Shown here in pieces: positions 40,687 to 51,901 of a stretch of 64,000 nt of DNA (position 1 is the first letter of the stretch; each line of letters starts with the position of its first letter). Source of the stretch: an uncultured Actinomycetota bacterium (GTDB lineage: Bacteria; Actinomycetota; Actinomycetes; Streptosporangiales; Streptosporangiaceae); contig CAVSUR010000006.1 of assembly GCA_963731285.1 (NCBI GenBank), positions 14,336-78,335 of the forward strand. Reading direction: 5' to 3'. The notes below the pieces were generated by a model. It worked only from the letters and a program-made list of their open reading frames with translations. It was not told where the DNA came from and made no database searches. A program made the position numbers and the translations under genes.

Positions 40687-42128
40687 TTACTGGCGCATCT
40701 CAGCAGCCGTCTGCTCAGGCTCGCGAGGCTTCCCGGGGCGACACAGCCACGCGCTGACGCCGAGGATGCAGATAATCAGCGCCATCGGCAGATCGGTGCG
40801 CGGGCCCGCCGCGCCTACCAGCGGCGCGGCGGCAGCGCCGATGGCGAACTGGGCCAGGCCGAGCATCCCGGACGCGCTACCGGCCAGGTCACCGTGCGCG
40901 GCCAGGGCCAGCGCGGTGGCGTTCGGCAGGATCAGCCCGATGCTGGCGACCATCACGAACAAGGCCGGCAAGATCAGCGGCAGGCCTGTCCCGGTAACCG
41001 CCGCGGCTAGCAGCGCGATGCCGCCGGCCGCGCCGAGCCGCTCAGGCCGAGGGTCAGCAGGGCATGCAGCGACCAGCGCCCGACCAGGTGGCGCGACAGC
41101 TGCCCGGCGGCCACGATGCCCAGGCCGTTGATGGCGAACAGCGCGCTGAACAGCTGCGGCGAGATCCCGAACATGGTCTGCAGCACGAACGGCGAGCCGG
41201 AGATGTAGGCGAACATGGCGCCGAACGCCAGTCCGCTGGCCAGGGCATAGCGGACGAACTGGTGATCGGCGGCAAGCCGGGCCCCGTCCCGGAAGGTTTC
41301 CCGCAGGCCGCCGGTCCGGCGCCGGCCCGGCGGCAGTGTCTCCGGCAGCCCGAGCGCGGCCGCGGCCAGCAGCACGACCCCGATCAGCGCCAGCACCGCG
41401 AATACCCCGCGCCAGGACGTGACCCGCAGCAGCTGCGCGCCGATGACGGGCGCGGCGATCGGCGCCGCGCCGTTGATCATCAGCAGTAGCGCGTAGAACC
41501 TGGCCATCTGGTCGCCGGAGTACAGGTCGCGGACCATGGCCCGGGCGATCACGATGCCGGCCGCCCCGGCCAGTCCCTGCACCAGCCGCAGCGCGAGCAG
41601 CACCCCGATGCCGGGCGCGATGATGCACGCGGCGGAGGCCGCGGCGTACAGCCCGACCCCGGCCAGCAGCGGGCGCTTGCGGCCGCGGGCATCGCTGAGC
41701 GGCCCGGCCAGCAGCTGGCCGGCGGCCAGCCCGATCAGGCACCCGGTCAGGCTCAGCTGCGCCGCCGAAGGCGAGCAGTGCAGCGCCCGTGCCATCGACG
41801 GCAGCGCCGGCAGGTACATGTCGATCGACAGCGGCGCGAAGGAACTCAGCGCGGCCAGGATCAGGATCAGCCGGGTCGTCCGGCCCGCGGCCCGCTGGGC
41901 GAGCCCGGTTATGGGCGGCCGCCGGTCGTCGCGACGGCCCGGGCCCCGCCGCCCGAGCCGCGGAACTGGCGCCGGTAGGAATGCGGCGTGGTCGCGCACC
42001 AGCTGCGGAAATGATGCCGCAGCGCCGTCGCGTTGCCGAAGCCGGCCTGGCCGGCGATGGTGTCCACGGTCGCGTCGGTTTCCTCGAGCAGCTGCTGGGC
42101 GAGCAGGATGCGCTGCCCGGTCAGCCAC
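40687..42128 (-). pseudogene. Bcr/CflA-type MFS efflux transporter with one frameshift near 41030; the true start is uncertain
   Basis: ORF 41007..42128 carries LSIDMYLPALPSMARAL...GPLSDARGRKRPLL and 8-9 helices. The last helices (GIALLAAAVTGTGLPLILPALFVMVASIGLILPNATALAL...) are in ORF 40687..41742. No ATG or GTG lies between the GlxA stop (41909) and the first helix. Confidence 0.75.
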
Positions 42129-42913
42129 CGCTGCGGTGTCGTGCCGGTCTCGGCCACGAACCGCCGGGCGAAGGTGCGCGGTGACATTGCCGCCCGGGCG
42201 GCCAGCTCGGGCACCGTCATCGGCTGCTCCAGGTTGCGCTCCATCCAGCCGATCATCTCGCCGAGCGTGTCGCAGGACGGCCCGGCTACCGGCCGCTCAA
42301 CGTACTGGGCCTGGCCGCCGTCACGATGCGGCGGCACCACCATCCGCCGCGCGATGGCGTTCGCGACCCGGCTGCCCTGCTCCTTGCGCACCAGGTACAG
42401 GCAGGCGTCGATGCCCGCCGCGGTGCCCGCGCTGGTGATGACCGGGCCGTCTTCGACGTACAGCACCGACGGGTCCACCTTGGCCGCCGGGAACTGCCGG
42501 GCCAGCTGCTCGGTGTACCGCCAGTGCGTGGTGCAGCAGCGGTCGTCGAGCAGCCCCGCCGCGCCCAGCACGAACGCCCCGGTGCACACGCTCAGCACCC
42601 GGCCGCCGCGGTCCGCGCAGCGGCGCAGCGCGGCCAGCACCGGCTCGGGGAACGGCCGCCCGTGCCGTGCCCGGTCGTCATTGACGGCCGGGACGGTGAT
42701 GAGATCGGCCGCTTCCAGCCGGTCCAGGCCGTGCGGGGTGTGCAGCGAGAATCCGATGTCCGATTGCAGCGGGCCTGGCCCGCCGGCCACCACCGCGAAG
42801 TCGTAGCCCGGCAGTCCGTCGTCGGTGCGGTCCGCGCCGAACACCTCGCACACCACCCCCAGCTCGAAGGGGGAGAAGCCGTCCAGCACGACGGCGGCCA
42901 CGTTCTCCAGCAT
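41909..42913 (-). CDS. GlxA-family transcriptional regulator (DJ-1/PfpI domain + AraC HTH)
   Basis: VLSVCTGAFVLGAAGLLDDRCCTTHW and C-terminal MSPRTFARRFVAETGTTPQRWLTGQRILLAQQLLEETD...AGFGNATALRHHF. Confidence 0.9.
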   Translation of the reverse strand: MLENVAAVVLDGFSPFELGVVCEVFGADRTDDGLPGYDFAVVAGGPGPLQSDIGFSLHTPHGLDRLEAADLITVPAVNDDRARHGRPFPEPVLAALRRCADRGGRVLSVCTGAFVLGAAGLLDDRCCTTHWRYTEQLARQFPAAKVDPSVLYVEDGPVITSAGTAAGIDACLYLVRKEQGSRVANAIARRMVVPPHRDGGQAQYVERPVAGPSCDTLGEMIGWMERNLEQPMTVPELAARAAMSPRTFARRFVAETGTTPQRWLTGQRILLAQQLLEETDATVDTIAGQAGFGNATALRHHFRSWCATTPHSYRRQFRGSGGGARAVATTGGRP

Positions 42914-43007
42914 GCCGCCATCATGCCGCAGGATTGGCAGGATGTCACGCTAGCGCGGCATGACTGCCACTGGCCGGACCCCCGGCTGACCGGCGAGACT
43001 GGATGCC

Positions 43008-43295
43008 ATGACCACGAGCGAACCTCTCGGCAACGACCGGCCCGGGCAGGCCGGGGCGATGCGCCGGGCCACCGGGCCGCTGCGGCGGCTGGCCGGGCCC
43101 ATCCGCGCCGCGCTGGCGGACTGCTGCTACGCCCAGCGGCGCATGCTGGAGCTGCGCACCGGAACGGACAGTTACCTGACCCGGCCGGACCAGGCCCCCG
43201 ACACCTACTCCGAGTTCCTGCTGCGCACCGCGGGCCAGCTGCGGCACGAGCCGTCGGCCGCACGGCGCGCCCGGACCGCCCCCCCGGCCCGCTGA
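43008..43295 (+). CDS. Hypothetical small protein
   Basis: 95-aa ORF with [21 protein letters not shown], lying directly upstream of the dipeptidase. Confidence 0.45.
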   Translation: MTTSEPLGNDRPGQAGAMRRATGPLRRLAGPIRAALADCCYAQRRMLELRTGTDSYLTRPDQAPDTYSEFLLRTAGQLRHEPSAARRARTAPPAR

Positions 43296-43305
43296 CGGCC
43301 GCGAC

Positions 43306-44481
43306 ATGACCCGGACTGGCCGCCCGCCCGGCCTGCCGCCGGTCTTCGACGGCCACAACGACCTGGCCTGGGCACTGCGCAAGGCCGGCCAGCGCGGCGC
43401 CGCGGCCGATCTGGCCGCGGGGATCGGCTTCACCCGCACCGATCTGCCCCGGCTGGCCGCGGGCGGGGTCGGCGCCCAGTTCTGGTCGGTGTACGTGCCG
43501 GCCGAGCTGGACGGCGAGGCCGCGGTGGTCACTACGCTGGAGCAGATCGACCTGGTGCGCCGGCTCATCGCGCGCTATCCGGACGCCCTGGAGCTGGCGC
43601 TGACCGCCGCCGACGTGCAGGCGATCATGGCCGCCGGCCGGGTGGCGTCGCTGCTCGGCGCCGAGGGCGGCCATTCGATCGCCGGCTCGCTCGCCGTCCT
43701 GCGCGGCCTGTATGCGCTGGGGGTCCGCTACCTCACGCTGACCCACAACCGCAACGTCGGCTGGGCCGACTCGGCGACGGACGAGCCGGCCGCGGGCGGG
43801 CTGACCGCGTTCGGCCGCGCGGTGGTCGCCGAGATGCAGCGGATCGGAATGCTGGTCGACCTGTCGCACGTCGCGGCGACGACCATGGCGGACGCGCTCG
43901 ACGAGGCGGCGGCGCCGGTGATCTTCTCGCATTCCGGCGCTCGCGCCGTGTGCGACCATCCGCGTAACGTCCCCGACCAGATTCTGGCCCGGCTGCCCGG
44001 CAACGGCGGGGTGTGCATGGTCACCTTCGTGCCCGCGTTCGTCTCCCCGGCCTGCCGGGACTGGGAGCTGGAGCTCGCCGCCGAGGCCGGGCGGCGCGGC
44101 CTGGATTACCGGGATATGTCCAGCCGCGCGGACCTGCGCGACTGGGTGGCCGCGCACCCGTCACCGCGCGCGTCGGTGGCCGACGTCGCCGCCCACGCCG
44201 ACCACGTCCGGCAGGTGGCCGGCCTGGCGCACGTCGGCCTCGGCGGTGATTACGACGGCACCGATGAGCTGCCCGCCGGCCTGCAGGATGTGTCCTGCTA
44301 CCCGGCCCTGCTGGCCGAGCTGCGCGGCCGCCGCTGGAGCGAGGACGACTGCGCCCTGCTGGCCAGCGGCAACATCCTGCGGGTCATGCGGGAGGCGGAG
44401 CGGGCCGCGCGCGAGATCTCCGCCCGGCGCGGTCCGCCGGACGCCGGCATGGCCGCGCTCGACGGGCCGCCGGTCAGCTGA
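43306..44481 (+). CDS. Membrane-dipeptidase-type (peptidase M19) dipeptidase
   Basis: [35 protein letters not shown] and [18 protein letters not shown]. Confidence 0.9.
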   Translation: MTRTGRPPGLPPVFDGHNDLAWALRKAGQRGAAADLAAGIGFTRTDLPRLAAGGVGAQFWSVYVPAELDGEAAVVTTLEQIDLVRRLIARYPDALELALTAADVQAIMAAGRVASLLGAEGGHSIAGSLAVLRGLYALGVRYLTLTHNRNVGWADSATDEPAAGGLTAFGRAVVAEMQRIGMLVDLSHVAATTMADALDEAAAPVIFSHSGARAVCDHPRNVPDQILARLPGNGGVCMVTFVPAFVSPACRDWELELAAEAGRRGLDYRDMSSRADLRDWVAAHPSPRASVADVAAHADHVRQVAGLAHVGLGGDYDGTDELPAGLQDVSCYPALLAELRGRRWSEDDCALLASGNILRVMREAERAAREISARRGPPDAGMAALDGPPVS

Positions 44482-45226
44482 AGTGCGTGCGCGGCCGTTC
44501 CTGCCGCTCGCCGTCGAGGTAGACGTCTACCTTCTCGTCATAGAAGCAGGCCAGCCCGGCGATCTTCTGGCTCTCGGGCAGCGGGGTCCGGTACATCCAC
44601 ACCACATCGGTGTGCACGGCCCGGCCGGTGTCCACCGACCAGTAGCTTGCCGTGCCCTTGTACGGGCAGTGGCTGGCCGTCGCCGACGGCCGCAGCAGGT
44701 GCATCTCGACATCGGCGAGCGGCAGGTAGTACCGCGGTGGCAGTCCGGTCTCGAACAAGATCCGCGGCTGCGCCGACTGCGCGGCCGTCATCCCGTCCAG
44801 CTCCACTCGCACCTGCCGCGAGCTGGCCAGGATGTCCACCCGGGTGTAGGGGTCGCGGGGATGGACGTAGACCGGCTCGTCCTCCTCCAGCCACTCGGTC
44901 ATCGCGTTCCAGTCCAGCCTGACCAGGCCGCGCAGCTGCTCAAGCGGCGACGCCGGATACTGCAGCGCCGCCCGCTCGGCCAGCCCGGCGGCGGTCTTGA
45001 CGTGCAGCACCTCGCCGTCGCCCCGGCTCGGCGAGTGCGCGGACTCGCCTGCGGGGATCAGCGCGGCGCGCACGTCAGCGGCCGGGATGTAGTAGGTCGG
45101 GTAGTAAGGCCGCTCCCACACCAGGACCGGCGCCCGGGTGTCGGCGACCAGCTCGCCGCCAAGGTAGGCGCGGACCCGCTTGCGCCCCGGCTCGGTCCTG
45201 ACGCTGCCGCGCGAGATACCGGTCAT
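44474..45226 (-). CDS. Tandem DUF427-domain protein
   Basis: Two repeats of the pattern R..LGG..VADT...L.WE..YYP.YY.P..DV, and the C-terminal [12 protein letters not shown]. Confidence 0.85.
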   Translation of the reverse strand: MTGISRGSVRTEPGRKRVRAYLGGELVADTRAPVLVWERPYYPTYYIPAADVRAALIPAGESAHSPSRGDGEVLHVKTAAGLAERAALQYPASPLEQLRGLVRLDWNAMTEWLEEDEPVYVHPRDPYTRVDILASSRQVRVELDGMTAAQSAQPRILFETGLPPRYYLPLADVEMHLLRPSATASHCPYKGTASYWSVDTGRAVHTDVVWMYRTPLPESQKIAGLACFYDEKVDVYLDGERQERPRTHFS

Positions 45227-45308
45227 GATTGCCCTCCCAGCGGATCGGCCCGCAGGCCCGGCTGCACCGGTGCTGCGGGGTGCCCGCGGGCCGCAGTAGC
45301 GTCAGATT

Positions 45309-46238
45309 ATGCGACTGGGCGTGCTCGACGTCGGATCCAACACCGTGCACCTGCTCGTGGTGGATGCGCATCAGGGCGCGCGGCCGCAGCCCGCGTACTC
45401 GCACAAGGCCGAGCTGCGGCTGATGGCCGTCCTGGACGACGCCAACCGCCTGACGCCGGAATGCGCCCAGCAGCTGCGCGCATTCGTCGACGAGGCACTG
45501 GAGATCGCCGAGGACAAGGGCGTCCAGGACATTCTGGCCTTCGCTACCTCGGCGGTGCGCGACGCCGCTAACGGGGACGAGGTACTGGCCTGGATCGAGG
45601 CGGAAACGCAGGTCAGCATCCGGGTCCTGTCCGGGCAGGATGAGTCGCGGCTGACGTTCCTGGCCGCCCGGCGCTGGTTCGGCTGGTCGTCGGGCCGGCT
45701 GCTGATGCTCGACATCGGCGGCGGCTCGCTGGAGATCGCGTCGGGCGTGGATGAGGAGCCCGCGGCCGCGGTGTCGCTGCCGCTCGGCGCCGGGCGGCTC
45801 ACCCGGGACTGGCTCACCGGGGATCCGCCGTCTGCCAGTGAGGTGCGGCGGCTGCGCAAGCACGTCCGGGCCGAGATCGCCGCGATCGCCGGGCCGGTGC
45901 TGCGGGACGGGCGGCCTGACCAGGCGGTAGCGACGTCGAAGACATTCCGGCAGCTCGCCAGGATCGCGGGCGCGGCGCCGTCCAGCGACGGCCCGTACGT
46001 CCCGCGGCTGCTGCGGCACGCGGACGTTACCGAGCTGGCCCGGCGGCTGGCCCGTACCTCGGCGGCTGAGCGGGCGCAGCTGTCGGGCGTCTCCCGCGGC
46101 CGGGCGCCGCAGCTGATCGCGGGCGCGATCGTGGCGGACGCGGCCATGGACCTGTTCGAGCTCGGCGACCTGGAGATCTGCCCCTGGGCCCTGCGCGAGG
46201 GCGTTATCTTGCGCCGGCTCGATGCCCTCCCCGGTTAG
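45309..46238 (+). CDS. Ppx/GppA-family phosphatase (exopolyphosphatase-like)
   Basis: [37 protein letters not shown] and [12 protein letters not shown]. Confidence 0.9.
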   Translation: MRLGVLDVGSNTVHLLVVDAHQGARPQPAYSHKAELRLMAVLDDANRLTPECAQQLRAFVDEALEIAEDKGVQDILAFATSAVRDAANGDEVLAWIEAETQVSIRVLSGQDESRLTFLAARRWFGWSSGRLLMLDIGGGSLEIASGVDEEPAAAVSLPLGAGRLTRDWLTGDPPSASEVRRLRKHVRAEIAAIAGPVLRDGRPDQAVATSKTFRQLARIAGAAPSSDGPYVPRLLRHADVTELARRLARTSAAERAQLSGVSRGRAPQLIAGAIVADAAMDLFELGDLEICPWALREGVILRRLDALPG

Positions 46239-47566
46239 CGACGCGGTTCCGGTCTGGTGCCGGTCACCAGCCACATCTGCACCCGGGTGCCACCGAGCGG
46301 GGCGCGGTCGACGCGCAGCTCGCCGCCGGTGGACTCGGCCACCTCCCGGGCGATCTGCAGGCCTGACCGGCGGTCTCCGGGCTCAAGCACCCGCTTCGGG
46401 TCGTCGATGCCGGGACCCGCATCGGCAAAGGTGATGACCGCGCCGCCGTCGCCGGCGTGCAGGGCCACCACGAACCGGGTGCCCGCGGCAGTGTGCTGGA
46501 AGATATTGCCGAGCAGCGCGTCGGCGGCAGCGGTCAGGCCGGTGTGCGTCACCGGCACCCAGACCGGGCTGCCGGCTCCGGCCAGGCTGCGCGGCCGGTG
46601 CTCTCGGTCAGCCCGCCCCGACCAGGACGCCAGCCGCTCGGTCAGCACCCGGGCCGCGTCACAGCGCGCCTCTTCTGCTACGGATTCCGTCTGTTCGGGC
46701 ACCGGCCCTGTCCCCGCGTCGGCCGCCGGCTGCTCGGGCTCCGGCTCCGGCTCAGATGAGGCCAGTCCAGCACTCGCCTGCGGAGCCTGCGGAGCCGTCT
46801 CCGCAGGCTCCCGGTCGGCAGGCTCGGCTGATGCCGGACTGGCGGGGTCCGGCGGCGGCCCCGGCGCCTTGGCGATCGGCTGGTAACCGGGTCCGAGCAG
46901 CTGGTCGAGCCGCTCGGCGAGTGCGTTCAGGACCACCGCGGCTGACCTGATTTCCGGCGGCCCGGTGACCGCGCTGCGCACGCTCAGGTCGCCTGCGGCC
47001 ATCGCGTCCGCCGCAGTCCCGAGCTCCCGGGCCGGGGCGGTGATCCGCACGCCCAGCCGGTCGCCGACGAAGACCGATGCGGCGATCAGGCATATCGCGA
47101 CCCCCGACATGGCCACCCAGGACGAGGCCACGCCGTGCGCGACCACGGCCGACGGCAGGAAGACCTCGATGATCGCCGTGCGGTGATTCAGGGCGACCGG
47201 CTGGAGCACGACATAGCCCCCCGGCACCGGCTCGCTGACCGGCTGGATCTCGACGGCCGCAGACTCGATGGCGGCCGTCGTCGCCCGTGGCCGACCGTAG
47301 AGAACCTGGCCGGCCCCGCTGCTTTCGGCCACGTAAATCGCTATCTGGTCGGCTGCGGCCGCGCTGGTGTTCTTTACCGAGTCGCGCAGCGTCGCCGGAT
47401 TCTGGTTGAGCGCCAGCACCGGCTCGATGGCGGCGGCCTCGACCTGCGCGGCGCTGAACGCGCGGTCCCGGGCGAAGTCGCTGACCAGGATGGCCAGCGG
47501 GACCAGGAATGCCGTGGCGACCATGGCCGCCACGGCGGCGCAGACCAGCGCGAGCCTGCCTCTCAC
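46235..47566 (-). CDS. Membrane HAMP + HATPase_c protein lacking a recognisable DHp/H-box (pseudo-histidine kinase)
   Basis: TM - periplasmic loop - TM - HAMP ([20 protein letters not shown]), then a Pro/Glu/Ala-rich stretch of about 85 aa, then N-box LLGNIFQHT and G1 FADAGPGI. The G2 box is degenerate (RRSGLQIA). Confidence 0.8.
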   Translation of the reverse strand: MRGRLALVCAAVAAMVATAFLVPLAILVSDFARDRAFSAAQVEAAAIEPVLALNQNPATLRDSVKNTSAAAADQIAIYVAESSGAGQVLYGRPRATTAAIESAAVEIQPVSEPVPGGYVVLQPVALNHRTAIIEVFLPSAVVAHGVASSWVAMSGVAICLIAASVFVGDRLGVRITAPARELGTAADAMAAGDLSVRSAVTGPPEIRSAAVVLNALAERLDQLLGPGYQPIAKAPGPPPDPASPASAEPADREPAETAPQAPQASAGLASSEPEPEPEQPAADAGTGPVPEQTESVAEEARCDAARVLTERLASWSGRADREHRPRSLAGAGSPVWVPVTHTGLTAAADALLGNIFQHTAAGTRFVVALHAGDGGAVITFADAGPGIDDPKRVLEPGDRRSGLQIAREVAESTGGELRVDRAPLGGTRVQMWLVTGTRPEPRR

Positions 47567-47857
47567 CGGGGCAGGCTCCCGCCGCGCGTGCTTCCCGGGC
47601 CGCAGCTGGGCGGGGCCGCGGGCGGCCGGGCGCGATGTGCGGGCATGGCACCGCCTGGAGAAGGTGGCCGGACCATGTAGGAAACCGTATTCAGTTGCGG
47701 CCTCCGCCGTGTCATCGTCACGCCGGCCCGGTACGGAAGGCCCGGGAACGCGTCCTGGGACGTGGTGGCCCGGTCCGGGATGCGGACTTCCGGATCATGC
47801 GACGAGGCCGGGCACGCCATCTTGCCTCGCTGCCCGGCCTCGCGGCCGGTGCCCAGG

Positions 47858-48919
47858 CTAGTCCGGGATGACCCGGCCGGCCGAGGCGTCATCGGCGGCT
47901 GCCGCCGCGTGCTTCACCGCGCTGTTCCCGTGCCGGCCGGCCTCCCGGCTGACGGCGTCCGGTGCTGCGCTGGCCGCCCGCGCGGCGCTGACTGGTCCGC
48001 GGGCGTCTGCGGCGGCGGAACCGCGCTGCACCTCGCCGGCCACCGCGGGCTCGTTCCTGGCCGCGCTCTGCTGCCCGATCCCGGGCTTGGCCGGCCCGGT
48101 CGCGTGCCTGCCGTCAGCGCCGCCCTGCTTGGGCTGGTGCCCGAGCGCCCCGGCGACTGCCTTGTTGACCTCATCCTCCAGCGAGCCGCGCGAGTTCTCG
48201 CCCGCGACCAGCGTGGTGACCACGTCACGGATCTCGGTGAGCCGCCTGATCGCCTCGGTGTGCCGGGACGTCAGCAGGTTCAGGCGGCGCTCGGCGCCGT
48301 CGTGGATAGCGGTGGCCCGTGCGGTCGCCTCGTCCAGCTGCTGCTTGGCCTGCGCCTTGGCCGCGGCGACAGCGTTCTCCGCGTGCTTGTTGGCTTCGGC
48401 GACCACCCGGTCGGCCTCGGTCCTGGTGGCGGTGCGCATCTTCTCCGCCTCTGCCCGGGCGGTGGCGACCGAGTGCTCGGCCTGCTCCTGGGCGGCGCTC
48501 AGCATCCGCTCTGCCTGGTCCTGCGCCTCGGCCCTGATCTTGTCCGTCTCGGCCTTGGTGTCGGCGCGCTGCTTGTCGGTCTCGGCCTTGGTGGCGTCCC
48601 GCAGCCTGGTGATCTCATCACCCGCCCGGTTCCGCTGTGCCTTGGCCTCTTCGTCCGCCAGCTTGAGTATCTGGCCGACGCGCTCGCTGATCTCCTCGTG
48701 CGCCGGCTTGTCCGCCGACTCCTGCCGGGCTGTGGCCAGGTCGTGCCGCAGCCGCTCGCTGTCGTCGATCGCCTGCGAAAGCCGGTCCTCCAGGTCGCGG
48801 ATCTGGCTGCGGCTCCTGGCTACGAACTCATCGACCCGGCGACGGCTGTAGCCGCGCATCTCGCGCTCGAAGAGATCTTCAGAACCGGGGTCATTAAGGA
48901 GTTCGCTGTGCTCACTCAT
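47858..48919 (-). CDS. DivIVA-motif coiled-coil protein
   Basis: The ATG at 48919 begins MSEHSELL. FEREMRGYSRRRVDEFV, then a long Ala/Glu/Lys/Arg-rich coiled coil with an internal TKAETDK duplication and a low-complexity tail. Confidence 0.8.
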   Translation of the reverse strand: MSEHSELLNDPGSEDLFEREMRGYSRRRVDEFVARSRSQIRDLEDRLSQAIDDSERLRHDLATARQESADKPAHEEISERVGQILKLADEEAKAQRNRAGDEITRLRDATKAETDKQRADTKAETDKIRAEAQDQAERMLSAAQEQAEHSVATARAEAEKMRTATRTEADRVVAEANKHAENAVAAAKAQAKQQLDEATARATAIHDGAERRLNLLTSRHTEAIRRLTEIRDVVTTLVAGENSRGSLEDEVNKAVAGALGHQPKQGGADGRHATGPAKPGIGQQSAARNEPAVAGEVQRGSAAADARGPVSAARAASAAPDAVSREAGRHGNSAVKHAAAAADDASAGRVIPD

Positions 48920-49377
48920 GATGTCACCCGTCAGGTGGTTCAGGCAGACCCTGAAGGCTGCTACCGGAGCACGGTGCCGGAAGGGCCGGTGCGGGCAGGA
49001 TCCACGGTGGGAAGGCTGTGCTTTCGCAATGTGTTCGGCGGTCCGGAGGCTGCTGCCAGCCCCGATTCCCGGACCCGGAGGGGGTTGTGATATTTCGGGC
49101 ACGACTATTGTCCCGAAGGACCCGTGCGCGCAACCGAAACGGCCGTCTACCCTGTTTTGTCCTTTTCGGCGGTCCGGCCGGGCCGTGAGCGCAGTGCGGC
49201 CGAGCTACCCGCAGGCGGCAGAGGAAATGACCCTATCGGGCCATGCCGCCCTGCGCCCGCGCGCCGTACGCTGGGAGCGCAAGCCGACGGCTCTTGCGTT
49301 GTCCCGGCGTTCCCGCTGCCAGCTCCGCCCGGACGATGGTGCCGCCGGGCACTCAGCTCGATGAGGAGGTGGGCGCG

Positions 49378-49554
49378 ATGCGCGATCATCTTGACCTTCG
49401 TGTCCACGACCGGGTGGCGCTGGACGAGATCGACCTGTACTCCGATGTGCTCAGCGCCGTGGCTGCCAGCGAGCAGCCACTGACGCTGGCCGAGCTGGAC
49501 GAGGCCCTCGGCATCCGTCGCGAGCAGCGCACCCCCGTCCGGGCTGGCTGCTAG
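49378..49554 (+). CDS. Hypothetical 58-aa protein
   Basis: Short acidic ORF (MRDHLDLRVHDRVALDEIDLYSDVL...). No motif, and it converges on mshD. Confidence 0.25.
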   Translation: MRDHLDLRVHDRVALDEIDLYSDVLSAVAASEQPLTLAELDEALGIRREQRTPVRAGC

Positions 49555-50510
49555 CCGCTCGCCGCACGGGCGCCGGGCCCGAGGCCGAACATCACGTCGC
49601 TGTCCCAGTGGGTGAAGCCCAGGGACTGGTAGAGGCGGATGGCGGCGGCATTGGACTCGTCGACGTAGAGCATTACCTCGAGCAGCCCGCGTGATCGCAG
49701 GTAGCGCAGCCCCACCAGGGTGAGCGCCCGGCCGAGGCCGGAGCCGCGCTCGGCCGGATCGACGCCAACGACGTACACCTCGCCGATCGGATCGTGGGCG
49801 CCGGCGCCCGGCTCCTCGCCCGCTCCGTGGATCTTCGTCCAGTGGAAGCCGACGACCTTGCCCGCGCGCTCGGCCAGGAAGAAGCCCGCCGGATCGAACC
49901 AGGGCTCGCGCTCGCGCAGCTCAAGATCGGAGCGGGTCCAGTTCCCCTGCTCGGGATGCTGGGCGAAGGCCCGGGCATTCAGGCCAGCCCAGGCGTCCTC
50001 GTCCTCCCGCGGGCGGAACGTCCGGACGCTGATGCCGTCGGCCAGCACGGGATTCCCGATACGCGCCCGCAGGGACCTGCGCATCTGCCAGAGCACGCGG
50101 CTGCGCCCGAAACCCGCGGCGGCGGCCAGCCGGGCCGCGGCGGGCAGGTCCCCGTGCGCCCATAGCCGCAGCGGCCGGTCACCGGCCTCGGCGACCAGTG
50201 CCCGGGCCAGTGCCAGGCCGAGCCCGCGGCCCCGGTCCGCAGGCGCGATGACCAGCTCGCCGCTGGGCCCGGCTACCGGGTCGGTGGGGTCCAGGTGCGC
50301 GTAGCCGGCCAGCCGGCCGTCGCGGCACACCAGGACGTTGCGGGCCCGCGGATCGCCGCCGTACCGCAGGTGCAACATGACGTGCTCGGACAGCGGCCCG
50401 ACACCGTCGGTGTCAGTGGCCTGCCGGACAAGGTCAAGCACCTGGCGGGCGGCGCTCTCATCCAGCTGCCCGATGACGCGAAGTTCCGGCTTGGCGGCGG
50501 GACCAGTCAC
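49551..50510 (-). CDS. mshD: Mycothiol synthase (tandem GNAT)
   Basis: Two GNAT halves ([20 protein letters not shown] and [25 protein letters not shown]...[19 protein letters not shown]). The GTG at 50510 overlaps the glnR stop (GTGA). The ORF stays open to 50546. Confidence 0.88.
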   Translation of the reverse strand: MTGPAAKPELRVIGQLDESAARQVLDLVRQATDTDGVGPLSEHVMLHLRYGGDPRARNVLVCRDGRLAGYAHLDPTDPVAGPSGELVIAPADRGRGLGLALARALVAEAGDRPLRLWAHGDLPAAARLAAAAGFGRSRVLWQMRRSLRARIGNPVLADGISVRTFRPREDEDAWAGLNARAFAQHPEQGNWTRSDLELREREPWFDPAGFFLAERAGKVVGFHWTKIHGAGEEPGAGAHDPIGEVYVVGVDPAERGSGLGRALTLVGLRYLRSRGLLEVMLYVDESNAAAIRLYQSLGFTHWDSDVMFGLGPGARAASG

Positions 50511-51391
50511 GGGCGGCCCCGCATGGGCGCGGCACCCGCTGACCACCGGCCGTTCCCGGCCGGCTCCGCCGACAGGCCGTCATCGGCCGCTCCGGCCGGC
50601 CCCTCGTCGTCCGCGTCGTTCTTCTCGTCCGCGTCGCTCCGGTCCTCCGCACCGCCCGGCTGGCCGGCGCCATCGGCCGGCCCCGTGCCCGAACCGGGCC
50701 CGGGGGCCGCCAGGCGGTCCGGCCTGGCGGGCACGAACCGGTAGCCGACGTTGCGTACCGTGCCGATCAGCGCCTCGTTCTCGGCGCCGAGCTTGGCCCG
50801 CAGCCGCCGCACGTGCACGTCCACCGTCCGGGTGCCGCCGAAATAGTCGTATCCCCAGACTTCCTGCAGCAGCTGGGACCGGCTGAAAACCCGGCCCGGG
50901 TTATGCGCCAGGAACTTCAGCAGCTCGAATTCCTTGAAGGTCAGGTCCAGCGGCCGGCCGTAGATGCGGGCCGAATAGGTGGCCTCGTTGATGACCAGCT
51001 CACCGGACCGCAGTTCGTCGGTCTCCTCCGGCACCCGCGCGGTGGCTCGTCCGACCGCCAGCCGCAGCCGCGCCTCTACCTCGCCGGGTCCCGCCGTGTG
51101 CAAGATCAGGTCGTCGGCGTGCCAGTCAGCGCTGATGGCCGCCCAGCCGCCCTCGGTGACGATGGCCAGCAACGGGAGCTTGACGCCGATCCCGCGCAAC
51201 TGGCGGAACAGGGCCCGGGCCTGGACCAGATCGCGGCGGGCATCCACCAGGACGGCATCGGCGGCCGGGTGGCCGGCCGTCGAGCCGGGCTCCGCGGCGG
51301 CGACCCGCACCTCGTGCGCGAGCAGGCTCAGCGACGGGAGAATGTCGGCGGCGGGCTGGCTGGCCGCCGTGAGCAGCAGCACGTTGCTCAC
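50507..51391 (-). CDS. glnR: Orphan OmpR-type response regulator GlnR with an acidic C-terminal extension
   Basis: [27 protein letters not shown]...[11 protein letters not shown]...LLAIVTEGG plus winged helix [53 protein letters not shown]. It sits next to mshD as in mycobacteria. I chose the GTG start at 51391; the ORF is open to 51502. Confidence 0.8.
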   Translation of the reverse strand: MSNVLLLTAASQPAADILPSLSLLAHEVRVAAAEPGSTAGHPAADAVLVDARRDLVQARALFRQLRGIGVKLPLLAIVTEGGWAAISADWHADDLILHTAGPGEVEARLRLAVGRATARVPEETDELRSGELVINEATYSARIYGRPLDLTFKEFELLKFLAHNPGRVFSRSQLLQEVWGYDYFGGTRTVDVHVRRLRAKLGAENEALIGTVRNVGYRFVPARPDRLAAPGPGSGTGPADGAGQPGGAEDRSDADEKNDADDEGPAGAADDGLSAEPAGNGRWSAGAAPMRGRP

Positions 51392-51494
51392 CCAGCCCCA
51401 CCTCCAGCCCGGCGGCCGCCTGGACCGCGCCCGACTATTGCCAGAACCCCGGGGGCAGCGCTGGCCAGGGTCGTTATGAGTGAGGATAGCTGAC

Positions 51495-51776
51495 ATGGCC
51501 ATCGTGACCTTGCGCTACTGGGCGGCGGCGAAAGACGCCGCAGGTATCGCGGAAGAGACAGTCCGGGCGGACACCCTGGCGCAGGCGCTGGCCGCGGCCG
51601 TGGCCGGAGCGGGTGCCGGGGCGGCGGCCAGCTCCCGCAGCCAGCGCCTGCGCGCGGTGCTTGACCGCTCGTCGTTCCTGGTCGACGGCCAGCCGGCCGG
51701 CGGCAGGGCACCGCAGTCAGTCGAGCTGGCCGATGGAGCGGTAGTCGAGGTACTGCCGCCTTTCGCCGGGGGATGA
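51495..51776 (+). CDS. MoaD/ThiS-family sulfur-carrier-like protein
   Basis: 93 aa, [17 protein letters not shown]...[11 protein letters not shown], ending in Gly-Gly. Confidence 0.8.
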   Translation: MAIVTLRYWAAAKDAAGIAEETVRADTLAQALAAAVAGAGAGAAASSRSQRLRAVLDRSSFLVDGQPAGGRAPQSVELADGAVVEVLPPFAGG

Positions 51777-51901
51777 GCTGGCCCGGGCGCAGGGCCGCCG
51801 GCGACAAATTGCCGCTGGCGGTGAACCACCGCGCCCGCCGAGCCGTAGTCCAGGGTGTGGCAGGCGTCGAGGGCAGCCCTGGCCCGGCCCGGTCGCGGCC
51901 G

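Noticed and set aside
42592-44157. 521-aa minus-strand ORF spanning the GlxA upstream region and the dipeptidase
   Set aside because: It has a low-complexity Arg/Pro/Gly/Ala composition and is antisense to the well-supported M19 dipeptidase and the small ORF 43008..43295.
45075-46274. 399-aa minus-strand ORF opposite Ppx/GppA
   Set aside because: Same shadow-ORF composition. The plus strand carries all the Ppx/GppA motifs.
49094-49117. TTCGGG-N12-CCCGAA inverted repeat upstream of the DivIVA-like gene as an operator
   Set aside because: The arms are only 6 bp, it lies about 175 nt from the start codon, and no supporting second site exists. This is too weak to report as a feature.
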